Below, in pieces: positions 22,116 through 36,419 of a DNA stretch of 64,000 nt; the stretch's first letter is position 1, and every line of letters begins with the position of its first letter. The notes beneath the pieces were generated by a model. That model was not told where the DNA came from and did no database searches. It was given only the letters and a program-made list of their open reading frames with translations. Made by a program: the position numbers and the translations under genes. This DNA comes from Salpingoeca rosetta (lineage: Eukaryota; Protista; Choanoflagellata), in contig JAWQFM010000034.1 in NCBI GenBank assembly GCA_033442325.1, positions 544,556 through 608,555 of the forward strand, given 5' to 3'.

Positions 22116-23023
22116 CAGAGTGCGCTCACCGCCTACCACTGCGCGTGCGTGTGTATTCCCCAGTTGAAAGCGGAGTACGAGATGGTGCAACGCAAGCGCG
22201 AACAAGAACAACTACTGGCCATGACCGCCCCAAAGGTGACCACGCTTCACAAATCATATACATGCTTCACGCGCATGCTCGTAACGTTGTTTGTGTGTGT
22301 GTGTGTATGTGTGTGGGCGTGTGTGTGTGTTTACATTAGAGAGTGTGTGTGTGTGTTGTGCGATGGCTCTGCTTGCACTGCTTTTGCCGCGTGTGTTGAC
22401 TCACTGCTTCGTATCTGCATCACCATCACCGTGCGTGCGTGCGTGTGTGTTCAGGGGATGATTTCGCTGAACATTGACGCAACAGAGTGGTTCAACCCGC
22501 GAAAGTACGACGACGAAGACGACGATGAGGTGGATGATGACGGCAGCAGCAGCAGCAGCACTTGGTACCGCGATGATGGTGACGATGTTGATGGTGATGA
22601 AGATGACGATACACATGATGATGACGAAGATGGTGGTGATGGCGGCGTGTCTGCCACATCATACCGCTTCGCTGATGATGATGACGATGAGGAGGAGGAT
22701 GTGGATGACTTTGATGATTTCGACGACGAGGAATATTTTGACGACGACCTCACACTCAGGTATGTTATCTGCGGTGGGCGTGTGTGTACGAGTGGGTGGG
22801 CAGGTGCGACAACACGCTCAGTTTTCCATGTCGTCATGTAGACATCAACACCACATACACACATACACACACATGCACAAATGCACGCGTGCACACGTGC
22901 TCATTCGTGTCGTCCTTTGTTGTTGTTGTTTCACTTCACTGCACACCAGCCGCATCTTCTCGGGCATTTACGTCTCCGGCATGAAGTTTGAGCAGAGCGT
23001 GCAGGTGTGTGCATACGCAGCCG

Positions 23024-23070
<47 letters not shown>

Positions 23071-23732
23071 GCGTGTGTATATGTGTGTGTGTGCAGTTTG
23101 CAGTGTAGAGTTCCACGACTGATGCAGCTCACAGCATCCGTTATCACCCCATCACGCCGTCCTGCTCCCTCCGCCCTGCTGCCACCACCGCCAGACGCGC
23201 CCCACGTCCTCTGACACAATCACCCTCAACGGGACACTCAGCACACAGTTCACCAAGTACGTGCCTGTTGTGTGGCTGTGCCTGTGGTGTGGTTGTCCTG
23301 TGTTGTGCCTGTGGTGTGGTTGGGTTGGGTTGTTGTGCCTGTGGTGTTGTTGTGCCTGTGGTGTGGTTGTGCTGTGCTGTGCTGTGTTGTGTTGTGTTGT
23401 GTTGTGTTGTGTTGTGTTGTTTGCGTGCTTCTTTCATCCTTTTGGTGCTGCCCCGACCTTTTGTGTCAACTTCTTCTGATTCCTTGCCATGAAGAAGTAT
23501 GACCCTTACTCGCCACACTTGCTGCAACACCAACCATCATGATCAACAACAACAACAACCCGTCCTTCCGCCCATGTGTGTGCAGGGGCACAGGGCAGGT
23601 GTCTGGCACGTGGACGCATCAGCTGTCGCCGTCGGTCTCGACCGAGACGACGCTCGCTGTCGGCAGCCACCGCCTCCTCCGCTGCAAAGTCCAGCAGTCC
23701 CTCCAGCACGGCAGGGGGTGCGTACACGCGTA

Positions 23733-23820
<88 letters not shown>

Positions 23821-25555
23821 TGCGTACCCCGAGCCGTCGTGTAGCTTTGGCGCTCACACCATCGTCTCATACACAAAATTCACACACTCGCACCCACTCA
23901 CATACACGCATGCGCGCTTGCTCCACCCCTCTTCCCCCTCAAACCACCACCATCACCACCATCAGGCTCGCGTTTGCAGATGTGATGGCGACACACATGA
24001 ACTACCGCGGGCGGTCTCTGATTGGCGTGGGCGCTTCCATTGGTGAGCTGCCACGCAATCCGCGTGCCGGTGTGCTCGCATTGGCTGTGGGGATGCACGA
24101 ATGTTCTCATTGGTCATCGTGCCTGACGCAGAGTGTGCACAAGCGGAACCAATCACTCGCTCACTCGCTCACTCACTCACTCACTTCACTCACTTCACTC
24201 ACTCACTCACTCGCTCACTCACTCACTTCACTCACTTCACTCACTCACTCACTCACTCACTCACTCACTCACTCACTCACTCACTCACTCACTCACTCAC
24301 TCACTCACACACACACACTCACTCGCACACTCACTCACTCACTCACTCACTCACTCACTCACTCACTCACTCCCTCACTCACTCCCTCACTCCCTGCCAC
24401 CATCATCCCTCCTCCTCCCCCCTTCCCAAGGATTGCTGCGGTCGCTGACGGATCGGGTGCAAGGCCTGCTGCACTGGAAGGTTGGCCTGGACTCGAGCAT
24501 GACCACCTCCTTCATGTACAACCACGCCGCCGCCTCCCACTCCCTCGCATGCAAGGTGCGCACTTTGAACCTGTGCCGTGATCACCCGTACCATGATGAG
24601 TTGTACAGTGCCCTTGCTTGCCGTGTTTGATCCGAATCTGACCTTCTGCCCTTGGTACCGGATGGATGATTGCGCCTGCCTTTTCCATGCAAAGCGTTCG
24701 CGTGCTTGCTGTTACTGACTGCGGTCGACTGCTTTCGCCCCTTTTTATGACTCCGCTCACACGACGCGTTCACCCACAACAAACACACACACATAAAACA
24801 ACACAACCCCCCCCCCCTTCAACGCACACACACACACACACTGCCTGCAGCTGTCTGCGCGCACGCCGTCGCTGAGTGTGCAGTCTGCGTTCCCGCTGAC
24901 AGATGACCTGCGCCTCAAGCTCACCGCCACCGCCACCCTCGACGACGTGTCGGTGGGATATGGCCTGGAGCGACAGCTCACCGACCACACCAAGCTTGGG
25001 CTGGGCCTGTACAGCAGCCGCGCCGAGGGCGTGTCTGTCCGCGTCAAGTTTGTCACCATGCGCCAGGCGTATGTGCTGCCCATCCAGCTGTCGGACGAAC
25101 TGTCCACCTCCGCCGTGGTGTACGGGACGCTCTTCCCGCTCATCACCTACGCAGCTGTGCGGCAGCTTGTGATTGTGCCGTGGCTGCGCTCCCTGGAGCG
25201 GCGGGAGCTGGCCGAGAAGCGTCGCCGCAATGCCGTGCTGGTTGAACGGCAGCGGCAGCAGGCCAAGGCAGCCGTCGTGCTCATGCAGGAGACGGTGCAG
25301 CGCAAGATTGAGAGCGAGGAGCGTGTGCAGGGGCTCATCATCGTGCAGGCGTGGTACGGCAGGCTCGTGGGGGACGCCAGTCGAGGTACAGGTACAGCAG
25401 CATCATCATCATCATCGTCATCGTCGTCAGCGGCGGCGTCGTTCTTCGGTCTGTCATCCTATTCCTCGTCGTCAACGGAAGAAGAGGACCAGGACCTCGT
25501 GGTACGTGTGTGTGGGGGGGGGGTGTAGTCTGTGTATTATGTGTGTGTTGGGGGG

Positions 25556-25594
<39 letters not shown>

Positions 25595-26369
25595 GTGGGT
25601 GTGTGTGTGTGTTAGTGGGTGTGTGTGTGTGTGTGTGTGTGTGTTAGTGGGTGTGTGTGTGTGTGGTCGTGTGGTCGTGGGTGGGTGTCAATGCTGGTCA
25701 TGAGAGGTTGTCAACACTTTGCCCGTCCCCAACCCATCACCCTCGTCACCCTCGTGTTGCCACCACCACCACCAAAAATACACAACAGGTGGACGTGACT
25801 GTGCCGTTGCAGTGCTTGGTGAAGGACTCCAAGCTGATACTCCAAGCGTCCTCGAAGGTAATCCATTTCGGGTTGTCTTGAAACCACATGCTACATGCCC
25901 TGTCCACCCTCTTTTCAGCTGCCCTCTTACATCATCACGGTGCTAACTTGGCACTGTCCTTGTATCTATCTCGCCGTTGTCTCGCTCCGTGTAGGCGAGC
26001 CTGGTTGGCTTCTACGACCCGTGCTTGGATGAGCCAAAGGTGAGGAACTTGCGCACAACTCGCCACACATGCCACGAATGCTCTTCCCATCACGACAGCG
26101 GAACACACACATACACACACACACGCATACACACACATACATACACACACGCACGCACTAATGGTCCACTTCCTCGCACTCTGCCTTTCATTCACGCGTG
26201 CACGCACACACACACACACATGCCTGGGCACAACAACCGCCAACGGCAGCAATTGCGCGTGGTGTATCGCTTCCACAATGCGCTGCACGAGGTGACTGTC
26301 AACGACGACGAGGAACTCAGGATCCCCAAGCGGTCGCACAAGAAGCAGCAGCAACAACAACAACAATAA
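20745..26369 (+). CDS. DNAJC11: DnaJ homolog subfamily C member 11 (J domain plus DUF3395)
   Basis: The J domain reads DFYALLNVSRD...AYRQMCMLYHPDKH...VLSDEQQRAVYDIYG. The C-terminus has GLIIVQAWYG, DVTVPLQCLVKDSKLIL, GFYDPC and LRVVYRFHNALHEVTV, all characteristic of DNAJC11. Confidence 0.94.
24153..24393. repeat. (TCAC)n tetranucleotide microsatellite, intronic
   Basis: Directly visible. Confidence 0.95.
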
Positions 26370-26746
26370 GCCAAGCAAGCAAGCTGGAGTGAACGAGCGA
26401 GGGCAGTGCTGTGCTCTGTATGTCATGTGTGTGTGTGTCAGGTGTGTGTGTGTGTGTGTGTCATGTGTGTGTGTGTTTGGCGTGAATGTCTCCCGAACAA
26501 TCACCATCTTGTGCAATTGCAACAAAAATACACGTTGATAAGTTTCGGCATGGGAATTTCTCAGGCACAAAACGCACAAACAAAACAACCACAGCAGACA
26601 CAACAAGCAAGAAGGAAGCAGCAAGCGATCGCCAGAAACACAACACCCAGCCACCGCCTTCTGTCCTCATCGCGTCTGCCACCCTCAAGCCCCTAAGCCC
26701 AAGCCCTCACCTACTGGCGCAGCGGCTTGTCGACCGCGAAGGAGGA

Positions 26747-29700
26747 ATGGCAGGCACAGCACTAGCCGTCGTTGCGCTGCTGGTGCTGGCGTGCATCAGC
26801 AGCGCAGCAGCAACAACGACAGCAACGCAAGACGAAATACTCCATTTTGGGTTTGTTGACGCAACACCCCACGAGGGCAACCACAACCACCACCACCACC
26901 GCCACGACAACAACACTCACGGCAGCAACAACAACACTGCCAACTACGGCAATGGTTTGACGGGCAGTGACGCGTTGTTAGCTCTTCCACAGTGTGCCGG
27001 CGAAGACGCCGCACACTCTCTGCCTCTGGGTTGCCCGGATCATCAAGCCTTTTGCTCATCGGCCGTGCGCCGCGTTTTGGCATCTATGGCAAGCATCGAT
27101 GCCTTGCTTGCACGCACGCAGGAACGGCCCTTTGGAGATGCGGGAGGCGAAGGGGCGCACGACCACCTGCGCGGTGGGGCAGAGGCGTTGAGGCTCACAC
27201 AGCACGTGCTGCGCGAGCTGCACGGCGACTTTCCGCTCCTTCGCTCCATCCTGACACAGTTTTGTCCGGACATCAGGAACACGCGTCCTTCCATGCGTCC
27301 TGAAAAGTCAAACAAGCAACCAAGACCTGCATCAAGTCCAGCAAGCGCGTCAGCGCTTCCTGCTGCTGAGCCCATCGTGGACATGCAGATGGACACAACA
27401 GTGCCCAAGACCCGCGATACAAACCAAGACGCAGCGGTGCTCAGCCAGGGCTATGATGTCGCTTCACGCATGCCGCGACTGCGCCCACGCCGCGAAGATC
27501 CCGACAATGAGAAGCCTCGCCACAACGCAACAATCGCCACATGCAGCCTGCAAGACTTGGTGGACGGCGCATGCAATTCAGCCCGCCAATCCGCAACCTT
27601 TAGCATTTTTTTCAGGGGCTTCTTGTTCGACCCACTAGATGGAGACACCCAGGCAGCGAACAACGTGTTGCATGTCAGCAACAATGTGAAGCCAACGAGG
27701 CTGCGCCTTCATGGTACCATCCCTGAGGACCATTTGCGACTGGTGATTGACAAAGGAGCATGGAACTACGTAACAGAAGTCATTGTCCAAGGCTGGCAGC
27801 CTGGCGAGTTTGACCTGGGACTCTTGCGCGGGCTGCCGCTCCTCACACACGTGCAAATCTTGGACAGCGAGCTCGTGGGCGTGCAGTTGTCCTCCACAGG
27901 TGACGCCGGTGACAACAATGAGCTGGTTGCTCTAGAGAAACGGCTCGTCCTCCTCAACTTGACGAGCAACAGCCTGACCAACTTGCATCCGGGGCTCTTT
28001 GCCAACATGGAAAACCTAATGCATCTGTGGCTCAACGACAATCAAGTTACCGCGCTGGATGAGAACGTGTTTGAAAAGCTGTCAACCCTCCAGACGCTGT
28101 CGCTTCGAAACAACCGCATCTCCGAGATTGACGACAAGGCATTCACAGGACTGACCAACTTGCAGCGCCTCGGGCTTGGGTACAATGCCCTGTCATCGCT
28201 AAAAGAGGACGTGTTTGAGCCACTCACGTCGCTGCAGGCACTCTTCCTGGAGAACAACCCCATTGAGCGACTCAAGTCGGAAACCTTCAAGAAGCTCTCC
28301 AATCTCCTTCGCCTTGAGCTCACCTTCTCGCCGCTCAACGTGCTCAGCGATGAGCTCTTCAAGTACACGACGCGGCTGCAGCAGTTGATACTGCGGCAGA
28401 ACCGGTTCGAGACCCTACCCGAGGATGTCTTCCATCCTCTCACCAACTTGGAAACGCTCGACCTGTCGCACAACAGGCTGACGTTCATTACACAGAGCCA
28501 CTTCAAACACCAGGCCAAGCTCACGCACCTCTTGCTGCTGGGCAACAGAATCACAACCATCGCATTCAAGGCGTTTGGTCAGCTCACGAGCCTGAAACGC
28601 CTCGACCTTCAACACAACGACCTCACCCTCGTTGACGCAGTTTGGTTCGATCGTGAGAGCGCGCAACACATTGAAGAGTTGGAGTTGAGCTCCAACAAGC
28701 TGACCCAGTTCCCGCCAGACCTACTCGACATGCTTGATGGGCTGAGGGTACTGTCCATTGCCAAGAACAAGTTGACAAAGTTTGTTCCACCACTGGTGGC
28801 GGGCCGCACCTTTGGACTGAGGCACCTGCGCCTCAGTGACAACCCACTCGACACCTTTCCCTCCCTGGGCAGCTTTCCCCAGCTGCGGGAGCTGGAAGCA
28901 AACAACCACATGATCCCCCAGGTCAACGTCACGCCTGTGCTCAATGTCACCAGCTTGCGCGCGCTGGAAGTGGCGGCGCACCCGCACAACAAAGGCGTGC
29001 GCTTAATCGTGGAGGAAAGTGCGCTGAAGGAGCTGATGTCAGAGACAGGCAAGCCACTGCTGGAGAACCTGCGGCACCTCGACCTGCGCAACGTTGACAT
29101 CACAGCAGCCCTGAAGCTGCCACTCAGCCACCTCCAACTGACACACCTCCGCCTGGGCTGGGAGGGAATGGCAGAGACCACGTTTCCTGCCAGCAATATC
29201 TGCGAGTTGCTTGGACAACATGTGGAGGAGATTGAGTTGACGGGCACCCATTACACGGACTTGGAAATGTGCGAGAACAAGACGTTTAGCTCCATCTTGC
29301 TGACAGAGAACAAGCTGTTGCGCACTGTCACAGTGCGCGCCCACCTGCGGCAGCTCAACCTCTCCGGCTGCAGTGATCTGCACGACTTGTTCCTGCCATC
29401 TGCGGAGTTGCTTGACATCAGCGGCACACGGCTGCACCCAGACCCTGGCCTGTGCAATGGCTGGGGCCGCAGCATGCTGTTTGCCCGCAACTGGAAGAAT
29501 GAGCACGTGCAGCAGAACCAGGCGACGCTGCGGCTCCTGCTGGCCCGCTGCCTGCAGACAGTTGATTTGATTGACCTTGGCGCCAACGACTGGTTGGACG
29601 AGCCAGACAAGGTGAAGGACGTTGTGTCACCGCTGACAGTGCTCTCAAAGCGCCCCGTGTTCACGGAGAACGGTGTGCAGCTCCGCAGCCGCGAGACCAT

Positions 29701-30649
29701 GCCGGTGTTCCTGCTGGAGAACACGCCCATTGCGTGCGGCCTGCACGTGAGCAACGCGCGCGTGTCGTTGAGCAGGGAGCCACAGAATGACGATGACGAC
29801 AACGACAACGACAACAACAATGACGACCAGCAGTCCACACGCGTGGCCTACACCTTCCAATGCTCGTGCGCTGGTGGCTATCACAAGGGCAACAACAATC
29901 GATGCGTGCGAGATAACCGAGACCAGTACCTGCTGTTGTTTGGTGCCCTGTTCGGGGTGCTGGTGGTGCAAGCGGTGGTGTTTGTTGTCGTGCGGTATGT
30001 GCGCCGACATCGACAGCTGGTGCAGGACCACACGCTGAAGACGCAGCTGCTGGTGGAGCGAGACGAGGAGGTGCTGGCGCTGAAGAAGGCGTGGGAGATT
30101 GGCTACAACGAACTGCGCTCCCTCACACACATCTCCACGGGTGCGTTTGGTACGGTGTACAAGGCGGAGTGGGACACGGTGACGGTGGCGGTGAAGGTGA
30201 TGCAGCAAGGGGTGAGCATATTTGATGACAACTCGCAGCATGAGTTTGAGAAGGAGGTGGAGTTCCTGCAGCGGACACGGCACCCGCACGTGGTGCGGTT
30301 CTTTGGCGCGGGCACACACCCCAACGGCAGCCCGTTCCTCGTGCTGGAGTTTGTGGCGATGGGTTCCCTGAAGCAGCTGCTGTTTGACCGCGGGCTTGAG
30401 GCTGTGCTGCAAGAGCACTTGCGTGAGCGAGAGCGGGCCAACGCCGCGGAGGGCAGCGAGCAAGGCGGGGGTCGCAGCAACCGCACGTATACGACGGTTG
30501 ATGTGGGCGAGAGCGTGATGGTGACGGAAAGGCCCACCTCCACCGTCGACATGCCGGAATTGCCGCTCTCCTCCTGGGGTCTCAGACAGCGGCTGGCGCG
30601 TGATGTGGCTTGTGGCATGGCCTTTATCCACAGCCTCGACCAAGTGCAC

Positions 30650-30696
<47 letters not shown>

Positions 30697-31696
30697 AGAG
30701 GGGGGGTTGGGGAGCGGTTGTATCTCGTTTGTTTCTTGTGTTCCATTGAGTTGTGTGGTACATGTTTGTTTCTCTCGTTGCCCCGCAAGTCACCCACACA
30801 TTCATTCACACACACACACACGCACACACACACACACACACATACACACACATACACACACACACGCACACATCCGCAGGGATTTGAAGAGCGGCAACGT
30901 GCTGGTGTCTGCGCATTTGCGTGCGAAAATCTCGGATTTCGGATCTATTCGCCAGAAGCTGGCGACCGGCGCACGGCACACAGCCGGCACGAATGTGGAC
31001 GGGAAAGCTGACGAGAACAGCATCAAGTACTCACGCACGCTCGGCGCCACCACCATGCACCTAACCATGACAGCTGGCGTGGGCACACCCATGTACATGG
31101 CGCCGGAGGCCCTGTATGGGCACGAGTACGGCCTCAAAGCGGACGTGTTCAGCTTTGGCGTGCTGCTGTGGGAGATTGCCTGCGTGCAGCACCCCGACAT
31201 CATCTCGCAGGAGTATGGCGACTCGTTTGACGGACCCCTCTTCCCCACCCTCAAACAACTCCTCGAAGACGGCAAGCGCCTCAAGTTCTCAGGTGTGTAT
31301 GTTGATGTGTGTGTGTGTGTGTGTGAACGTGTGTGTGCGTGTGCGTGTGTGTGTGTACGTATGTGCGTGTGTGTGAACGTGTGTGTGTGTGTGTGTGTGT
31401 GTGTGAACGTGTGTGAACGTGTGTGAACGTGTGTGAACGTGCGTGTGTGAGTGAATACTGTTTCCCTTCAATCGTACAACTACCTGAGTGATTGTCGAGC
31501 TGTGACGACCATCAGTGACTTCAGTCGCTCCAGCAGTGTGCGCTCTTGCTCACCCACCAGTTACGTTTTCGACACCTTCTCAGATGAGGCTGCAAGTCAG
31601 ACGCCAACCTGGTACCGTGCACTCACGTACAAGTGCATGGCCCAAGATCCAGACGGCCGCCCTTCCTTCAAGCAACTGAAGACCAACCTCATGTAG
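26747..31696 (+). CDS. LRR-ectodomain single-pass receptor kinase (TKL group, Ser/Thr-type catalytic loop)
   Basis: Signal peptide MAGTALAVVALLVLACISSAAA; more than 15 LxxLxLxxNxL repeats; juxtamembrane CSC...C; TM YLLLFGALFGVLVVQAVVFVVV followed by RYVRRHR. The kinase has GAFGTVY, VAVK, HRDLKSGN, DFG and GTPMYMAPE. Exons 26747-30651, 30880-31292, 31584-31696. Confidence 0.95.
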
Positions 31697-31739
31697 TCTG
31701 CTGGCTGTTGTTTAAGTTGTTATTGTTGTTGTTGTTAAG

Positions 31740-31798
<59 letters not shown>

Positions 31799-32247
31799 GC
31801 AGACTTGCAGAGCTGCTGCCTGTGGTCCTTCCCCCTGTTGCCGCTGCCGTTGAAAGTAGCATGCTTGCGTTGACCTTGTTCTGTTCTCTTGTCTCCAACA
31901 GACCAGCCCTTGCCGCCCCCCCCCACTCGCCCGCTCTGTGTGTGACATTGTTGTCTTGTGGCTGCTCGCTTCTGTTGCCTTGTTGCCTTTGGCAGCCCGT
32001 AGAACTCATTTCCTCTTCACCCATGGTTTTAGAACGTTTACATTAGTTTGTACCCTCCTACTCCTAACCAACCCTCTGTTCCGTTGGCATGCAGCGTGCA
32101 GTGGTCTGGTCTGGTTGCGAAGGAGTGTTCTAGTGTAGTAGTGTTTGACATTCCCCTTTCCGTTCCTTGTCATTAGAGCCTACCACTGTGAAACGTGCGT
32201 TGTGTGCGTCGTGTGCGACGTGACGTGGGAGTGCTAGAGCAGGAGAG

Positions 32248-32283
<36 letters not shown>

Positions 32284-32720
32284 CGTGTGTGTGTACGTGC
32301 ATGGGTGGGAGAAGAGAGAGAGAGAGAGAGACTGAGAGAGACTGAGAGAGAGAGACCAACACAAGAACACACACACACACTGCGCAGGCAACGGTTGTTT
32401 GTGGCATCTTTCGTAAATAATCGGCACAGCGGTGAAAAAAATACAAAAAAATAAATCCAACCAACTGCTCGCTTGCTTGCTTGTTGTCGTTGGCTGAAAA
32501 GGAGGAACAAGAGATACACACCCACTCACTCGCCAACACAACCTCCCCTTGCCACCGCAACGCACAACACACAACGCACGACGCTGAAGGAGACTTCGCT
32601 CGGTTTGTTTGTGGACACACCCTCCCGACCTGCGCTCCACTGGCTATCACAGCAACGGCATCGTCATCTCCGGAGCCACACAGGCAGACAGACAGACAAA
32701 CAGACAGACAAACAACAGCC

Positions 32721-35259
<2,539 letters not shown>

Positions 35260-35945
35260 GCCCTTCCCCCACACCCTTGAACACATACACACTCTCACTC
35301 ACACACTCACACACTCACACACTCACACACACACACACACACTCACACACTCATGCACCCGTGCACTCACAAGCACAAGCACATACACACACACATCAAT
35401 CGTATGCCCCCTTCCTCTTGTCGTCGTCAGTCGCTCTTGGATCTTCAGCTGCTCTCTGGCTCTCGTGCTGTTGTGTTTCTTTGTGCTTGTGTGGGCGCAT
35501 TTCCTTCTTCGTCTCCTTTTGCTTCTGTTGTTGACTAAGAATGTGCTTTCGTTTCCAATCACTGTCTGCCTTTTTGGTTTTTGTGTGTGTGTGTGTGTAT
35601 GTTTTGTGCAGTGTGTTGTCTATTTCCTGTGCACCCCACATGCACTCGATTCTCGTTTTGGGTTGTGTCCACTCGTTCTTCTCCCTTGACCTGTTCTTCG
35701 ACCTGCTTGTTTTTTTCCTTTCCTCTCTCTCACTCTCACGCACGCACACACACTCACTCACACTCACGCACGTTGGCCGTTGCTTCTCTGTGTTCCTGTG
35801 ATAGAAAGCGTGCGCGCATGCTCCTCGTTGTGCTCCTGTCGTTGTTGTAAAATGTGTACATCGATTGGTGCATTCATGGTTGCATGTTGAACACAGAGAG
35901 AGACAGAGACGTATGGAGGAAGCGAGAGAGTGGCACGCACACACG

Positions 35946-36039
<94 letters not shown>

Positions 36040-36273
36040 CACACACACGCATACACCGAATTCATGTGAAGATGTGGTGAATTTTCCAGGACCGTTTCTC
36101 GCTTCCTCCACGACCAACGTCGTCACACACATCCTCATCACCACGCGCACAAACGCGTGCACACACCCCTCTCACATTGTCACACCACCTCCTCTCCTCC
36201 CCAGCCAGTCTTTGTGTTTGTTTACATTGGCTGCTTCTCAACCACAACAACCCCCTGTAAACAAACGCACCAG

Positions 36274-36336
<63 letters not shown>

Positions 36337-36419
36337 CCTATCCTCTCGACCCCTTCAGTCAACCAATAGCACAAGAGGTGCGGCAGGACGGCAAGCAAGC
36401 GAGCAAGCGAGCATAAGGC

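Noticed and set aside
26486-26746. N-terminal extension of the LRR kinase ORF
   Set aside because: The signal peptide begins at ATG 26747; the upstream part looks like UTR or intergenic sequence.
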